From: Armatimonadota bacterium
Lineage (GTDB): Bacteria; Armatimonadota; UBA5829; DTJY01
DNA: 64,000 bases
NCBI GenBank assembly: GCA_029907255.1
Contig: JARYMF010000003.1
Location: forward strand, 64,061-128,060
Direction of reading: 5' to 3'
Each line of letters opens with the position of its first letter. Position 1 is the stretch's first letter. The notes below the pieces were generated by a model. The model saw only the letters and a list, made by a program, of their open reading frames with translations, made no database searches and was not told the origin of the DNA. The translations under genes and the position numbers were made by a program. Positions 49,540 through 59,160 of this stretch are shown here, one piece after another.

Positions 49540-49885
49540 CTTGCTGATTTTAAAAAGTTAAAGCATTATTTTCATAAATAGCGAGGCTGAAAGTAGGTTT
49601 TGAATTTTCCTTTAAAAAGATGCTACTTGCCGCTTTAGAGGCATTTGACGAGGAATGCAGGAACCAAATTATTACCGTTTGCGTAATTTAGCACAGAGCG
49701 CTTGCAGATTTTCTGTATTTAAGATGCTTTATGGCTGCCGGATAGCTAAAGGCGGAGTTTGATATAAGCCATAATGAAAAATGGTGCTGGTATTTTTACC
49801 AGGATTTAGCTGTGTGTTGGTGAGTTCCATTCTAAAATTGAAAAATACTCTCACATCGCTTTTTACGAGTGGGAGGTAGTTTTTA

Positions 49886-50812
49886 ATGAGGTTCGCAATG
49901 AAAATCAGTTTTTTTGCGCTACTCTTCGTGTCCTTCTTAGTCTCGCAGGTTGGAGTTTCCCTCGCTGCTGAAGCAGTTCCACCGCCAGGGTATGTTCTGG
50001 ATGTCGAGGATGTTATAGAGATTCAATCAATAGGCGATCCAGCGCTGTCTACAAAACAAATGATTGATCCTGAAGGCAATATTTCTATTCCATTGGTAGA
50101 AGAACCAATTCGTGCAAAAGGGCTTACACAGCAACAGCTTTTAAAGGTAATAAAAGAACGTCTCAGTCCATATTTGACTGACCCCAATATTCAGGTTACC
50201 ATAGTTCAGTTTCATTCGCCTAAAGCATACGTTCTTGGTCAAGTAAACCGCCCTGGTTTGCATGAATTTCGTCCAGGTGATCGCGTATTGGAAATCATTG
50301 CCCAAGCAGGTAGCTTTACAGAACAAGCTGATTTAAAAGGGGCAACAATTACTCGAAAAGGTAGCAATGAAGCTCAACCTCTAAATCTTTATGATCTCTT
50401 CTATAAAGGCGATATGACTCAGAACTTAGAAATTCAACCAGGAGATGTAATATACATACCGGAAGACACAAAGAATAAATATTTTGTGCTTGGAGAGGTG
50501 CTACGGCCTGGTCAATACCGTTGGAAGGAAGGCATGACCGTTATGGATGCAATAGCCAACGCCGCCGGACCAACAGACCGTGGCATATTAAGTAAAACGA
50601 CAATAATCCGCGGAGATATAAACAATCCCGAGAGAATCGAAGTTAATATGAGCAAAGTTTTGAAGAAAGCTGATTTAAGCCAGACTATAGCACTCAAGCC
50701 AGGTGATATAGTTTATGTGCCTGAGACATCTAGACCTGATTGGAACAAAATCTCGGGGGTAGTAAGCGCTGTTGTTAATACTACATACTTATTTAAGATA
50801 CTCGGATTCTAA
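49886..50812 (+). CDS. Polysaccharide export protein (Wza/EpsE-like periplasmic protein)
   Basis: Signal peptide. Poly_export-like segments ...YVLDVEDVIEI... and YVLGQVNRPG, plus a second ...YFVLGEVLRPG. Confidence 0.85.
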   Translation: MRFAMKISFFALLFVSFLVSQVGVSLAAEAVPPPGYVLDVEDVIEIQSIGDPALSTKQMIDPEGNISIPLVEEPIRAKGLTQQQLLKVIKERLSPYLTDPNIQVTIVQFHSPKAYVLGQVNRPGLHEFRPGDRVLEIIAQAGSFTEQADLKGATITRKGSNEAQPLNLYDLFYKGDMTQNLEIQPGDVIYIPEDTKNKYFVLGEVLRPGQYRWKEGMTVMDAIANAAGPTDRGILSKTTIIRGDINNPERIEVNMSKVLKKADLSQTIALKPGDIVYVPETSRPDWNKISGVVSAVVNTTYLFKILGF

Positions 50813-50841
50813 CAAGCCCCATTTGGAGGTGTTATATCTAA

Positions 50842-53001
50842 TTGGAACTTTGGCGGTATTATAGGATACTTCGCAAGAGAAAGTGGCTAATTGTTACCAC
50901 TACCCTGGTTTGCGTATTAATTGTCGGTCTAAGCATTCTTTTTACGAAAACCAGATGGGAAGCTTATACGACGGTTATGGAGCGGCGCCCCGAGCAGGCG
51001 GAAGTAACAATCTACCAACCGCCGTATATATATAACATGGAAGTCCAAATCAGGATAGCAAACCTGGCATATATAGCAGGAAGCCAAACAGTACTTGACC
51101 GAACTGCACAAACACTCTATGAACTTGGCATAACATCAACGCCGGAAGAAATCCTGAGAACCGTAGTAGTCGAGCCTGTAAAGAACACTGAGATTCTTCT
51201 TATTAAAGTAAACTCAACAAGCCAGGCGGAGGCAAAAGCAACAGCTGATACTTTGGCAGCCGAATTTAAACGTTTTTATAACGAGCTGCAACGTGGCGAA
51301 ACTACAAAAAGCAGACAGTTTATCGAACAAAGACTGCCTATTGCAAGGCAGGAAATGCTAGAGGCGCAAGCTGCCGTAAGAGATTTTAAAGAAAAAAATA
51401 AGGTTGTTTCTCTTCCGGAACAAAGCACCTTGCTAATGCAGCGCTTGGAAAGCATACAAAATCAAGCGGCATCAGCGAGAATAAAAGCCGATGAAGCAAA
51501 AAGCCAGATGGAAATCTTAAGACAACAACTGGCAAAAGAACCAATTATGAGAAAAGCCAGCGAAGTAATAATGGAAAATCCAATCTGGCAAGAACTCCAG
51601 AGTTCGCGTATCAAATTAGAACTTGATATCCAACGGATGCGCGAAATTGGCGGAAAAACAGATGCCCATCCGGAAATGAAGCCGCTACTGGCTCAGTTAA
51701 AAAAGATTGACGAGCAAATTGAAGACCTAAAAAAGAAAGAACAAGAGCGAATAATTTCAAGTCTTTCGACAGCTTCAAACCCAATTTATGACTCGATTCT
51801 TTCTAACTTTTTAGAATCGCAAGCAACCTATGTAGCCGCACAATCTCAATATATAGCAGCTAAACAATTAATAGACGAGCTAACCCCTGAACTAGAAACA
51901 CTTCCTGAAAAAGAGATGAGGTTAGCTCAGCTTACTCTTGACCAAAAGAATGCCGAGGAGACATACTCTCTCTTAAAATCAAAACTCGATGAGGCAAGAA
52001 TCAAAGAGCGTGAAGCACAAAACGCTAGTTCTATCCAGCAGATTGACCCCGCTATTGTGCGAAGACTTGAAATGCGGAGAGGCTTGAAGCTGATGTTGGC
52101 TATTATCTTTGGGCCACTTCTTGGGGCGGGGCTTGCGTTCTTGTTCCATTATCTAGATAACACCATTAAGACCCCAGAGGAAGCAGAGGCTTTGCTGGGT
52201 GTGCCGGTATTCGCGGTAGTACCACTATCAGACCAAAAAGCTTTAATGGGCGATACGCAACTACCAGTAATAGAGGCCTCTTATCAAATATTATCGACAA
52301 ACCTGTGGTTTGCAAATCAAGAAGCCAGAACACCTGCGATTCTGATTGCAAGCGCGGAGCCCGGTGTAGGTAGATCTACTACAGTTGCAAATCTTGGGCG
52401 AACCCTTGCAAGAAATGGCGCTAGAACGATAATAGTTGACAGCGATTTTAGGCGGCCTTCGTTGCATTTATTATTTGGAGTTCAGAATGAAAAAGGGCTT
52501 AGCAATATCCTTGCCGGACAACTTGGAATAGCAGATGCCGTTGTGCCAGTTGGGGAAGATGGATTGCTATTAATTCCATCCGGCCCAATCCCTAGCAACC
52601 CAGTTCGATTGTTCCGGTCGCCAGAAATGAAGAAATTTGTAGAGGATATTAGCAAGCTAGCCGATTTTGTATTGTTTGATAGCCCTTCGGGTGTCGCCTT
52701 TGCAGACAGCACACTGCTTGCGGCAATCATAAAAAACGTAATCATCGTGCACTCAGCGGGTCGTGTGCCTCGCGGAGCAGAGGCTGAGTTCCGAAGCAGG
52801 CTTGAGCAAATCAGCGCAAACACTATTGGTGCAGTTTTGAACAGAGTGAGGCCAGAGGACAGCCATGGCTATTACCACTACAGGCGCTCATATGAGGACT
52901 TCATAATAAAGGACGGCAAAGTTAAAGAGCCAATGGAGTCTAAAATACTTGGCGCAATACCGGAGAAGACAAAAGAGCAAGACGAAAGTGAAGTAGATTA
53001 A
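50842..53001 (+). CDS. Fused polysaccharide chain-length determinant (GumC/Wzz-like) and BY-kinase ATPase domain
   Basis: N-terminal TM and Wzz-like coiled-coil periplasmic region with a second TM. C-terminal ...ILIASAEPGVGRSTTVANLGRTLA...IIVDSDFRRPSLH (Walker A and A') and a C-terminal Tyr cluster, YYHYRRSY. Confidence 0.8.
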   Translation: MELWRYYRILRKRKWLIVTTTLVCVLIVGLSILFTKTRWEAYTTVMERRPEQAEVTIYQPPYIYNMEVQIRIANLAYIAGSQTVLDRTAQTLYELGITSTPEEILRTVVVEPVKNTEILLIKVNSTSQAEAKATADTLAAEFKRFYNELQRGETTKSRQFIEQRLPIARQEMLEAQAAVRDFKEKNKVVSLPEQSTLLMQRLESIQNQAASARIKADEAKSQMEILRQQLAKEPIMRKASEVIMENPIWQELQSSRIKLELDIQRMREIGGKTDAHPEMKPLLAQLKKIDEQIEDLKKKEQERIISSLSTASNPIYDSILSNFLESQATYVAAQSQYIAAKQLIDELTPELETLPEKEMRLAQLTLDQKNAEETYSLLKSKLDEARIKEREAQNASSIQQIDPAIVRRLEMRRGLKLMLAIIFGPLLGAGLAFLFHYLDNTIKTPEEAEALLGVPVFAVVPLSDQKALMGDTQLPVIEASYQILSTNLWFANQEARTPAILIASAEPGVGRSTTVANLGRTLARNGARTIIVDSDFRRPSLHLLFGVQNEKGLSNILAGQLGIADAVVPVGEDGLLLIPSGPIPSNPVRLFRSPEMKKFVEDISKLADFVLFDSPSGVAFADSTLLAAIIKNVIIVHSAGRVPRGAEAEFRSRLEQISANTIGAVLNRVRPEDSHGYYHYRRSYEDFIIKDGKVKEPMESKILGAIPEKTKEQDESEVD

Positions 53002-53009
53002 TAATAAGG

Positions 53010-53735
53010 TTGGTCCTGATGAATACAGGCAGCTTAGATAAAAGTGGACACCATGCGGCTGTAGGAGACAAAGAGCTGACGCAAAAAAAGAACTCATTAG
53101 AAGAACCTTTAGAAATACAGTCTCCGCTTTCGCCATTGGGACAAATAATCAAGCGCTGTCTAGACGTTGTAATTTCCCTTATAATGCTAATTATCTTGGC
53201 TCCGTTAATGTTGCTTGTTGCATTGGCAATTAAACTGGAATCGGAAGGACCGATAATCTACAAGCAGACTAGGGTAGGAAAAAACGGGCGGGAATTTACT
53301 TTTTACAAGTTTCGCTCAATGTTCCGAGATGCTGACAAAAGGCTTGCTGAACTTAGACATCTAAATGAAGCGGATGGGCCGATATTTAAGATAAAGAATG
53401 ATCCAAGGATAACTAAGGTTGGCCGCATTATACGCAAGACTAGTATTGATGAGTTACCACAGCTAATTAATGTTTTAAAAGGCGATATGAGCTTAGTAGG
53501 CCCTCGCCCACCACTGCCAGTTGAGGTAGCACAATATACTGCTCGCGATCGCCAGCGTCTGAATGTTATCCCAGGCATTACATGCCTGTGGCAAATATCC
53601 GGCAGAAGCAACATAGGCTTTGACCGATGGGTTGAGCTTGATCTCGAATACATTCGTAATCAGTCTTTATGGCTTGACCTAAAAATTCTTTTGTTGACAA
53701 TACCCGCTGTTATTAAAGGTACGGGTGCACATTGA
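53010..53735 (+). CDS. Polyprenyl-phosphate sugar phosphotransferase (bacterial sugar transferase, EpsL/WcaJ-C-domain type)
   Basis: ...IYKQTRVGKNGREFTFYKFRSM...DELPQLINVLKGDMSLVGPRP is the family signature. Confidence 0.85.
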   Translation: MVLMNTGSLDKSGHHAAVGDKELTQKKNSLEEPLEIQSPLSPLGQIIKRCLDVVISLIMLIILAPLMLLVALAIKLESEGPIIYKQTRVGKNGREFTFYKFRSMFRDADKRLAELRHLNEADGPIFKIKNDPRITKVGRIIRKTSIDELPQLINVLKGDMSLVGPRPPLPVEVAQYTARDRQRLNVIPGITCLWQISGRSNIGFDRWVELDLEYIRNQSLWLDLKILLLTIPAVIKGTGAH

Positions 53736-53739
53736 CCTG

Positions 53740-54672
53740 ATGACAAAAGTTACGGTATTGGTTACTGGGGGGGCCGGGTTCATAGGCTCCCATATTGCTG
53801 ATAGGCTTGTTTCAGAAGGTTATCGGGTGGTAATCGTTGACGATCTCTCGAGTGGAACGCTAAAAAACGTAAATCCAAGGGCATTGTTTTATCAGGTTGA
53901 CTTGCGTGATTACAAGGCAATAGAAGAGGTTTTCGACAAAGAGAAACCAACAATAGTTAATCACCATGCGGCTCAGGTGGATGTCACTAAATCTGTGAGC
54001 GATCCAGCAACCGACGCACATATTAATATAATTGGAGGTATAAACCTCCTTAAAAGCGCATGCAAGCACGGTGTTCAGCGCTTTATATATGCATCTACTG
54101 CCGCTGTTTATGGCGATCCGGAGTACGTTCCGATTGATGAAGACCATCCGATTAAGCCACTTTCGGCTTATGGTATTTCGAAGAGTACCTTTGAAAAATA
54201 TTTAGAATTGGAAGCTTCAAGGGTTGGCATGCATTATGTCATTTTAAGGTATGCCAATGTCTTCGGCCCCCGCCAAGTGCCACATGGTGAAGGAGGCGTT
54301 GTAGCAGTTTTTGCCAACCGAATGCTTGCTGGTGAGCAGTGCCGCATATTCGGAAATGGAAGCAAAACTAGAGATTATGTATACGTCCAGGATGTAGTTG
54401 AGGCTAATATTCTTGCAATGCAAAGTGCGGCTTGCGGCGTTTTCAACATAGGAACAGCAAAAGAGACTACTGACCAGGAGGTCTTCGATACCGTTCGAGC
54501 TGCCGTAGGAAGCTCTCAAGAGCCGATATATGCAGACGAGCGCCCGGGTGAAATTAGAAGGAGCTGTTTCGATGCGTCCAAAGCAAAGACTCAATTAGGG
54601 TGGAAGGCTAAAGTATCGTTTGCCGAGGGCGTAGCCAGCGCTGTAGAGTTTTACAGAAGAAATAAGCAATAA
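53740..54672 (+). CDS. NAD-dependent nucleotide-sugar epimerase/dehydratase (SDR, GalE-like)
   Basis: Start at ATG 53740; the track lists GTG 53725. VLVTGGAGFIGSH... and YxxxK (YGISK). Confidence 0.85.
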   Translation: MTKVTVLVTGGAGFIGSHIADRLVSEGYRVVIVDDLSSGTLKNVNPRALFYQVDLRDYKAIEEVFDKEKPTIVNHHAAQVDVTKSVSDPATDAHINIIGGINLLKSACKHGVQRFIYASTAAVYGDPEYVPIDEDHPIKPLSAYGISKSTFEKYLELEASRVGMHYVILRYANVFGPRQVPHGEGGVVAVFANRMLAGEQCRIFGNGSKTRDYVYVQDVVEANILAMQSAACGVFNIGTAKETTDQEVFDTVRAAVGSSQEPIYADERPGEIRRSCFDASKAKTQLGWKAKVSFAEGVASAVEFYRRNKQ

Positions 54673-54690
54673 ACGAAGTTCGGGGAAGTA

Positions 54691-55587
54691 ATGGTGGAAA
54701 AAGAGACAAGGCTTGAAAGTTCCAGCACAATTAAAAGCTCAAGTGATTGGAATTTACTTACATATTTGCTAATTGCTCTAAGCCTCATCCTGCTTTTGGT
54801 GCTCTATGTGCCCGTTTTTAAATGGTGGTACCAGCAATGGACAGTTAAAGATAGCTACTATTCACATGGGTTCCTGATACCACCAATTTCTGCTTTCATC
54901 ATATACCTAAAGAGGAAAGAGCTAAGAAAACTAGAAATAAAACCATCTACTCGCGGTTGGCTTTTCATTATCCCCGCGGGTATTATTGTGCTGCTTTCGC
55001 TCTGGGGCGAAGCACGAAGCGTTGCTGGGTTGATGTTCCCCATAATTCTCTGCGGCATGGTGGCTCTTCTTTTCGGTATGCAAATACTAAGAGAGCTCCT
55101 TTTCCCGCTCCTCTTCCTATTTTTCATGTGCGTAATTCCAAGCTTCCTTATTGCAAAAATAAGTTTCAAGATACAAGTACTCTCGACAATTGGTGGTACT
55201 TGGCTGTTAAAACTATTTGGATTCAATGCAGAAAGAGCAGGGGTAATTATCTATCTTCCTTATATTACTGTGGAAGTCGGGGCACCGTGTAGCGGGTTCA
55301 GGCTGTTAATATCTTTGTTTGCATTCTCAACGCTTTTTGCTTATATCAAAGAGGGTCCTCTTTGGGGTAAATTGGTGCTTATTTCGTCCACACTACCCTT
55401 GAGTCTTGTCATAAATTCGCTTAGAGTTGCAATGATTGGGATGGTTGGCGACCTCATGGGTTATGAGGCTATGCATACTTTCCATGATTATTCTGGATAT
55501 ATAGTTCTTGTTTTTGCCTTTGTCTTTCTTTCACTACTGTCGAGGTGGGTCGGTTGTCGAAAGTACAGTCAAATGTTATATTCCTAG
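54691..55587 (+). CDS. Exosortase (XrtA-like)
   Basis: ...YQQWTVKDSYYSHGFLIPPISAFIIYLKRKEL... then eight TM helices. Conserved Cys (GAPCSGFR) and Arg. Lies in a PEP-CTERM locus. Confidence 0.8.
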   Translation: MVEKETRLESSSTIKSSSDWNLLTYLLIALSLILLLVLYVPVFKWWYQQWTVKDSYYSHGFLIPPISAFIIYLKRKELRKLEIKPSTRGWLFIIPAGIIVLLSLWGEARSVAGLMFPIILCGMVALLFGMQILRELLFPLLFLFFMCVIPSFLIAKISFKIQVLSTIGGTWLLKLFGFNAERAGVIIYLPYITVEVGAPCSGFRLLISLFAFSTLFAYIKEGPLWGKLVLISSTLPLSLVINSLRVAMIGMVGDLMGYEAMHTFHDYSGYIVLVFAFVFLSLLSRWVGCRKYSQMLYS

Positions 55588-56192
55588 TTATTTTCTTCGC
55601 CATTTTGCTTTCTGCTGCCCGCATGGTAAAACCTTTTGCTCATGAAGGCAGAGTAGTTACTTCTTTTGAGGGAATACCTAAAACGGTTGGTTCCTGGTCT
55701 GGCGTTGACCGTGAATTTGACGAGGAAGTTAAAAAACAACTTCCAGGTAGCAGTTTGTTGTGGCGCGATTACACTGACAAGGATGGCAACATAGTAAGCA
55801 TTGCAATCGTCTATGGCACGGCTTTAGGCATCTTTCACCAACCTGAAATATGCCTGCAGGGTTCGGGATGGACAATATTGGAAGAAGGCGATACAAAAAT
55901 TCCAATAAAATCCGGCAGCTCAATAACAGCAAAGTATTTCGTAATGGAAAATGAGTACATTGGGAGGTCCGCAGGAGTATATTGGTTCAGTACAAGAGGA
56001 ATGACTTCCACATTCCTAGGCACTCACAAAACACAATTATATCTTTATCGCATATTAAGGCGTAAAATTGAACCTTCTGCGCTTGTAAGATTTACATCAA
56101 TGGTTCAGTCCGACGATGCAACAACTCTGAAAAAGGTGAAGGAATTGGCAGGGTTACTTTTCCCGTATGTGCAGGAGGAGCTGAAGAAATAA
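55545..56192 (+). CDS. Exosortase-associated EpsI-family protein
   Basis: GTG start overlapping the exosortase 3' end. N-terminal TM then a periplasmic domain. Positional signature: EpsI is normally adjacent to or fused with exosortase A. Confidence 0.6.
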   Translation: MGRLSKVQSNVIFLVIFFAILLSAARMVKPFAHEGRVVTSFEGIPKTVGSWSGVDREFDEEVKKQLPGSSLLWRDYTDKDGNIVSIAIVYGTALGIFHQPEICLQGSGWTILEEGDTKIPIKSGSSITAKYFVMENEYIGRSAGVYWFSTRGMTSTFLGTHKTQLYLYRILRRKIEPSALVRFTSMVQSDDATTLKKVKELAGLLFPYVQEELKK

Positions 56193-56309
56193 GTGTTTGT
56201 CTAACCAAGCCTTTCTGTAAAAGACACTTGGCATAATCAACCTGGCACTACAAGTTCACGCGGAAACAATATTAATTGCTTTCTCCAATATTACAATTGA
56301 CCGTGCGCT

Positions 56310-58100
56310 ATGGCTAAACGATTCTTGGCATTTCTAAAAACTTTGTATGCGTTTTTGAGAGTTATACTTCTGCCGATTGGATATACGGCTAAGGGCATCT
56401 ATGCAATCATCAGGCATCCAGTTCGATCAGCCAAGATTGCAGGCGCCGCAGTACACTTCGTTATGCGGCATCCTATAACGTCCTGGCGAATATTCTACCA
56501 ATTCCTGCGTAGGGCCCATAAGCGGTTTGTTAGGCCAGCGGTCCAATACCTATTCTCTATCTTCAAGCTAATCTTCCCGTGGATATTGGCAGTTACCCTT
56601 GCGGCTTTGTTGGCTCGCTCAATACTTTCTCTATCACCTACAAAAGTAGTTGCAATTTTCTTGGCAAGTTGTTTGATGGGCATTATATGGCGGCGGATTG
56701 AAGTAGGCATTGTCCTGCTTTTGATAATGGTGGCAACAATTTTCTACGCCAGCGTGTTCCCAAAAGTAATTACTATTGGAGGCTTCGGTCCGTGGGGTGC
56801 TGAGACTTTATTGATTGCTCTCATCGGTGTGGGCACAGTGCGGTTTCTTGCAAATCGCAATTCAATATTTCCACGAAGTCCTGTTACCTTGCCATTGGTA
56901 GTGTTTTACATCTCAATAATCATTTCAATGGCTAACAGCTATTTTAATTATTTGCAGAATCCCAGGGGCTGGTTTGACTTCAAAACAGTTTATAACACAT
57001 GCCGACCGCTGTTCTTCTACCTATTCTTTTTCGTAATAGCATTCGGGCTTCAGACTGAACGTGAGCTAAAAGTTGTTCTCAAATCGGCAGTCGTAATGAG
57101 CGTAATTGTTTCAATACTGATGGTGGTCCAAGCGGCTTTGGGCACCTCGCACCGCGTTTTCTTCGGGACAGAATGGTCGCCAAAATTCGTTAATCCACTC
57201 AGTCCTGAGGAACAAGAAGTTGCACGCTCGTTGCCACCAGGCCTTTCTTTGTCTCAAATGATATTTATTCCAGTGCTTTATCTTACCGCATGCCAAAAGG
57301 GGAAATCAGCCTTCATATATGGAATTGCTTTTTTATGCATGCTTATTGGATTGGCATTTAGCTTTACAAGAAATTATTGGTTTACAGCTGCAGTATGTTC
57401 AGTCTTGCTAATTATTCTTGCCGGCCGAGGCATTAGGGGACGCTTGATAGGCATCACTGCAATTTTGCTTGTAAGTTCAATTTTACTTAGTTTCGTAGTT
57501 GGAAACTTAATGTCAGCCGCAGGCAGTGAATTTGGGCCTGCCATGGTGCGCAGATTTCAGTCACTCATAAACAAAGAGGCATTTGAGTCAGCCTCCTTCG
57601 AAAACCGCCGCGAGGAAGTACGAAGAACATGGCCGCAGATACTAAGAGACCCAATCTTCGGCGTAGGTCCGGGTAAACCCTTCTATTATGATGAAATCAC
57701 TCTAAAAAGCGGTCAAAAACTACTGATAGAGCACTCTGCTCTTCACAATAGCTATCTAGAACTTTGGCTCGTTTACGGCGCTTTTGGACTTGGTAGCTTT
57801 ATCTGGCTAAGTATAGCTTTTCTCGTTAGAGCCATTTGCGCTTACAGACGCCTAAAGAATCCATACTATAAAGCATGGGCATTAGGACTTGGCATAGCTT
57901 ATATAGGATTTCTTATTCGGGCAAACATAGGTATGCATATACTGCACGAACCGCCACAAATGCTTTCTGTGGCGCTTTCATGGGGTATTATTGATGTCAT
58001 GTTAAAATTGGAACGTGCTAAAGCTGAAGCTTTTGCTCATCAGGCGGCACAGAAACTGCCAATTCCACGTCGCCCACTCGTTAACCCAACGATCTCTTAA
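56310..58100 (+). CDS. O-antigen ligase/polymerase-like (Wzy-type) polytopic membrane protein
   Basis: More than 10 TM helices with a large periplasmic loop near the C-terminus. ...HNSYLELWLVYGAFG... resembles the Wzy_C motif. Confidence 0.55.
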   Translation: MAKRFLAFLKTLYAFLRVILLPIGYTAKGIYAIIRHPVRSAKIAGAAVHFVMRHPITSWRIFYQFLRRAHKRFVRPAVQYLFSIFKLIFPWILAVTLAALLARSILSLSPTKVVAIFLASCLMGIIWRRIEVGIVLLLIMVATIFYASVFPKVITIGGFGPWGAETLLIALIGVGTVRFLANRNSIFPRSPVTLPLVVFYISIIISMANSYFNYLQNPRGWFDFKTVYNTCRPLFFYLFFFVIAFGLQTERELKVVLKSAVVMSVIVSILMVVQAALGTSHRVFFGTEWSPKFVNPLSPEEQEVARSLPPGLSLSQMIFIPVLYLTACQKGKSAFIYGIAFLCMLIGLAFSFTRNYWFTAAVCSVLLIILAGRGIRGRLIGITAILLVSSILLSFVVGNLMSAAGSEFGPAMVRRFQSLINKEAFESASFENRREEVRRTWPQILRDPIFGVGPGKPFYYDEITLKSGQKLLIEHSALHNSYLELWLVYGAFGLGSFIWLSIAFLVRAICAYRRLKNPYYKAWALGLGIAYIGFLIRANIGMHILHEPPQMLSVALSWGIIDVMLKLERAKAEAFAHQAAQKLPIPRRPLVNPTIS

Positions 58101-58123
58101 CATTTCATAAGCTTCTGGAAACT

Positions 58124-59113
58124 TTGAATATGTGCCTCAATCATAATGTTGAAAATAAATTGCCATCTGAAGCTTCCAAAAACAATAATAATTCTACTAT
58201 GGAAGCAGTTAACTGCGACTTTTGTGGTAGCAGTAATTCAGTATTGCTGTACAAGGTCCCTGATAGATTTAGCCCGGGTGGAGCTGAATTTTCGCTAGTC
58301 AAGTGCAAGGAATGCGGTTTAGTATATGTGAACCCAAGACCAACAGCCGATGTGATAGGAAAGTACTATCCTGATGAATATTATGGTTTAGAAGTCCTTC
58401 ATGAGGGTGGGCTTCAGCAGTCGCTGAAATACTTAGAAAGGAGACGCCTCAGCGATATAGAAAAATTTGTGCCTCGCGGCTGTATTCTTGATATGGGGTG
58501 CGGCGCTGGCCAATTTCTGGCAGAAGCAAAAGCAAAAGGTTGGACTACACTTGGAATTGAAATTTCCGCTTTAGCGGCGGAGCATGCCTGCAGGCAATAT
58601 GGATTGGAAGTAATTCAAAAAGACCTCTTATCTGCCGATCTTCCAGGTGAGCATTTTGATGTGATAACAATGTGGGGTGTGCTTGAGCATCTTTATTCAC
58701 CAACAAAAGCACTTAAGGAGATATATCGCATGCTAAAACCTGGAGGGCTTTTCGTAGCTCTAGTGCCAAACATAAATAGCACGCAAGCGCGAATCTTTGG
58801 TCCACGGTGGCAGCTACTTGATGTCCCGCGCCATCTTTATCACTTTTCGGAATCAACATTAAAGCGCATGGCACGAGAAGCTGGTTTTGCGCCGGCATGG
58901 ACGCGATACTTTGCCAGGGAACAGGATGTTTCTCAATTTCTGCAAACTATGAAGGTAATATTGCAACCTGAAGGGAAGAAAAAGTGGACCCTGAGAAGGA
59001 TCTTAATGGCGGTTGCAAGGCGTTCTGCATTAGTGATTGCAAAGCTAATGGCCCTGCGGCGAAGTAGCGCCACAATTGAGGCTTACTTTATAAAACCTAA
59101 ACATATTAGCTAG
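58124..59113 (+). CDS. Class I SAM-dependent methyltransferase with an N-terminal Cys4 zinc ribbon
   Basis: CDFCG...CKECG ribbon. LDMGCGAGQF motif I. ...ITMWGVLEHL... motif. Confidence 0.8.
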   Translation: MNMCLNHNVENKLPSEASKNNNNSTMEAVNCDFCGSSNSVLLYKVPDRFSPGGAEFSLVKCKECGLVYVNPRPTADVIGKYYPDEYYGLEVLHEGGLQQSLKYLERRRLSDIEKFVPRGCILDMGCGAGQFLAEAKAKGWTTLGIEISALAAEHACRQYGLEVIQKDLLSADLPGEHFDVITMWGVLEHLYSPTKALKEIYRMLKPGGLFVALVPNINSTQARIFGPRWQLLDVPRHLYHFSESTLKRMAREAGFAPAWTRYFAREQDVSQFLQTMKVILQPEGKKKWTLRRILMAVARRSALVIAKLMALRRSSATIEAYFIKPKHIS

Positions 59114-59160
59114 CACAAAGTTTCGGACGTAAAGTTTGTAAAATTAAGCTCAGGTAAACT

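Noticed and set aside
49540-49885. ops/JUMPstart element or c-di-GMP riboswitch in the EPS leader; M-box in the mgtC leader
   Set aside because: Only a partial GGCGGAG match to ops (GGCGGTAG). No GGCAAACC or GACGCAAAGCC GEMM cores were found. The mgtC leader of about 55 nt is too short for an M-box.
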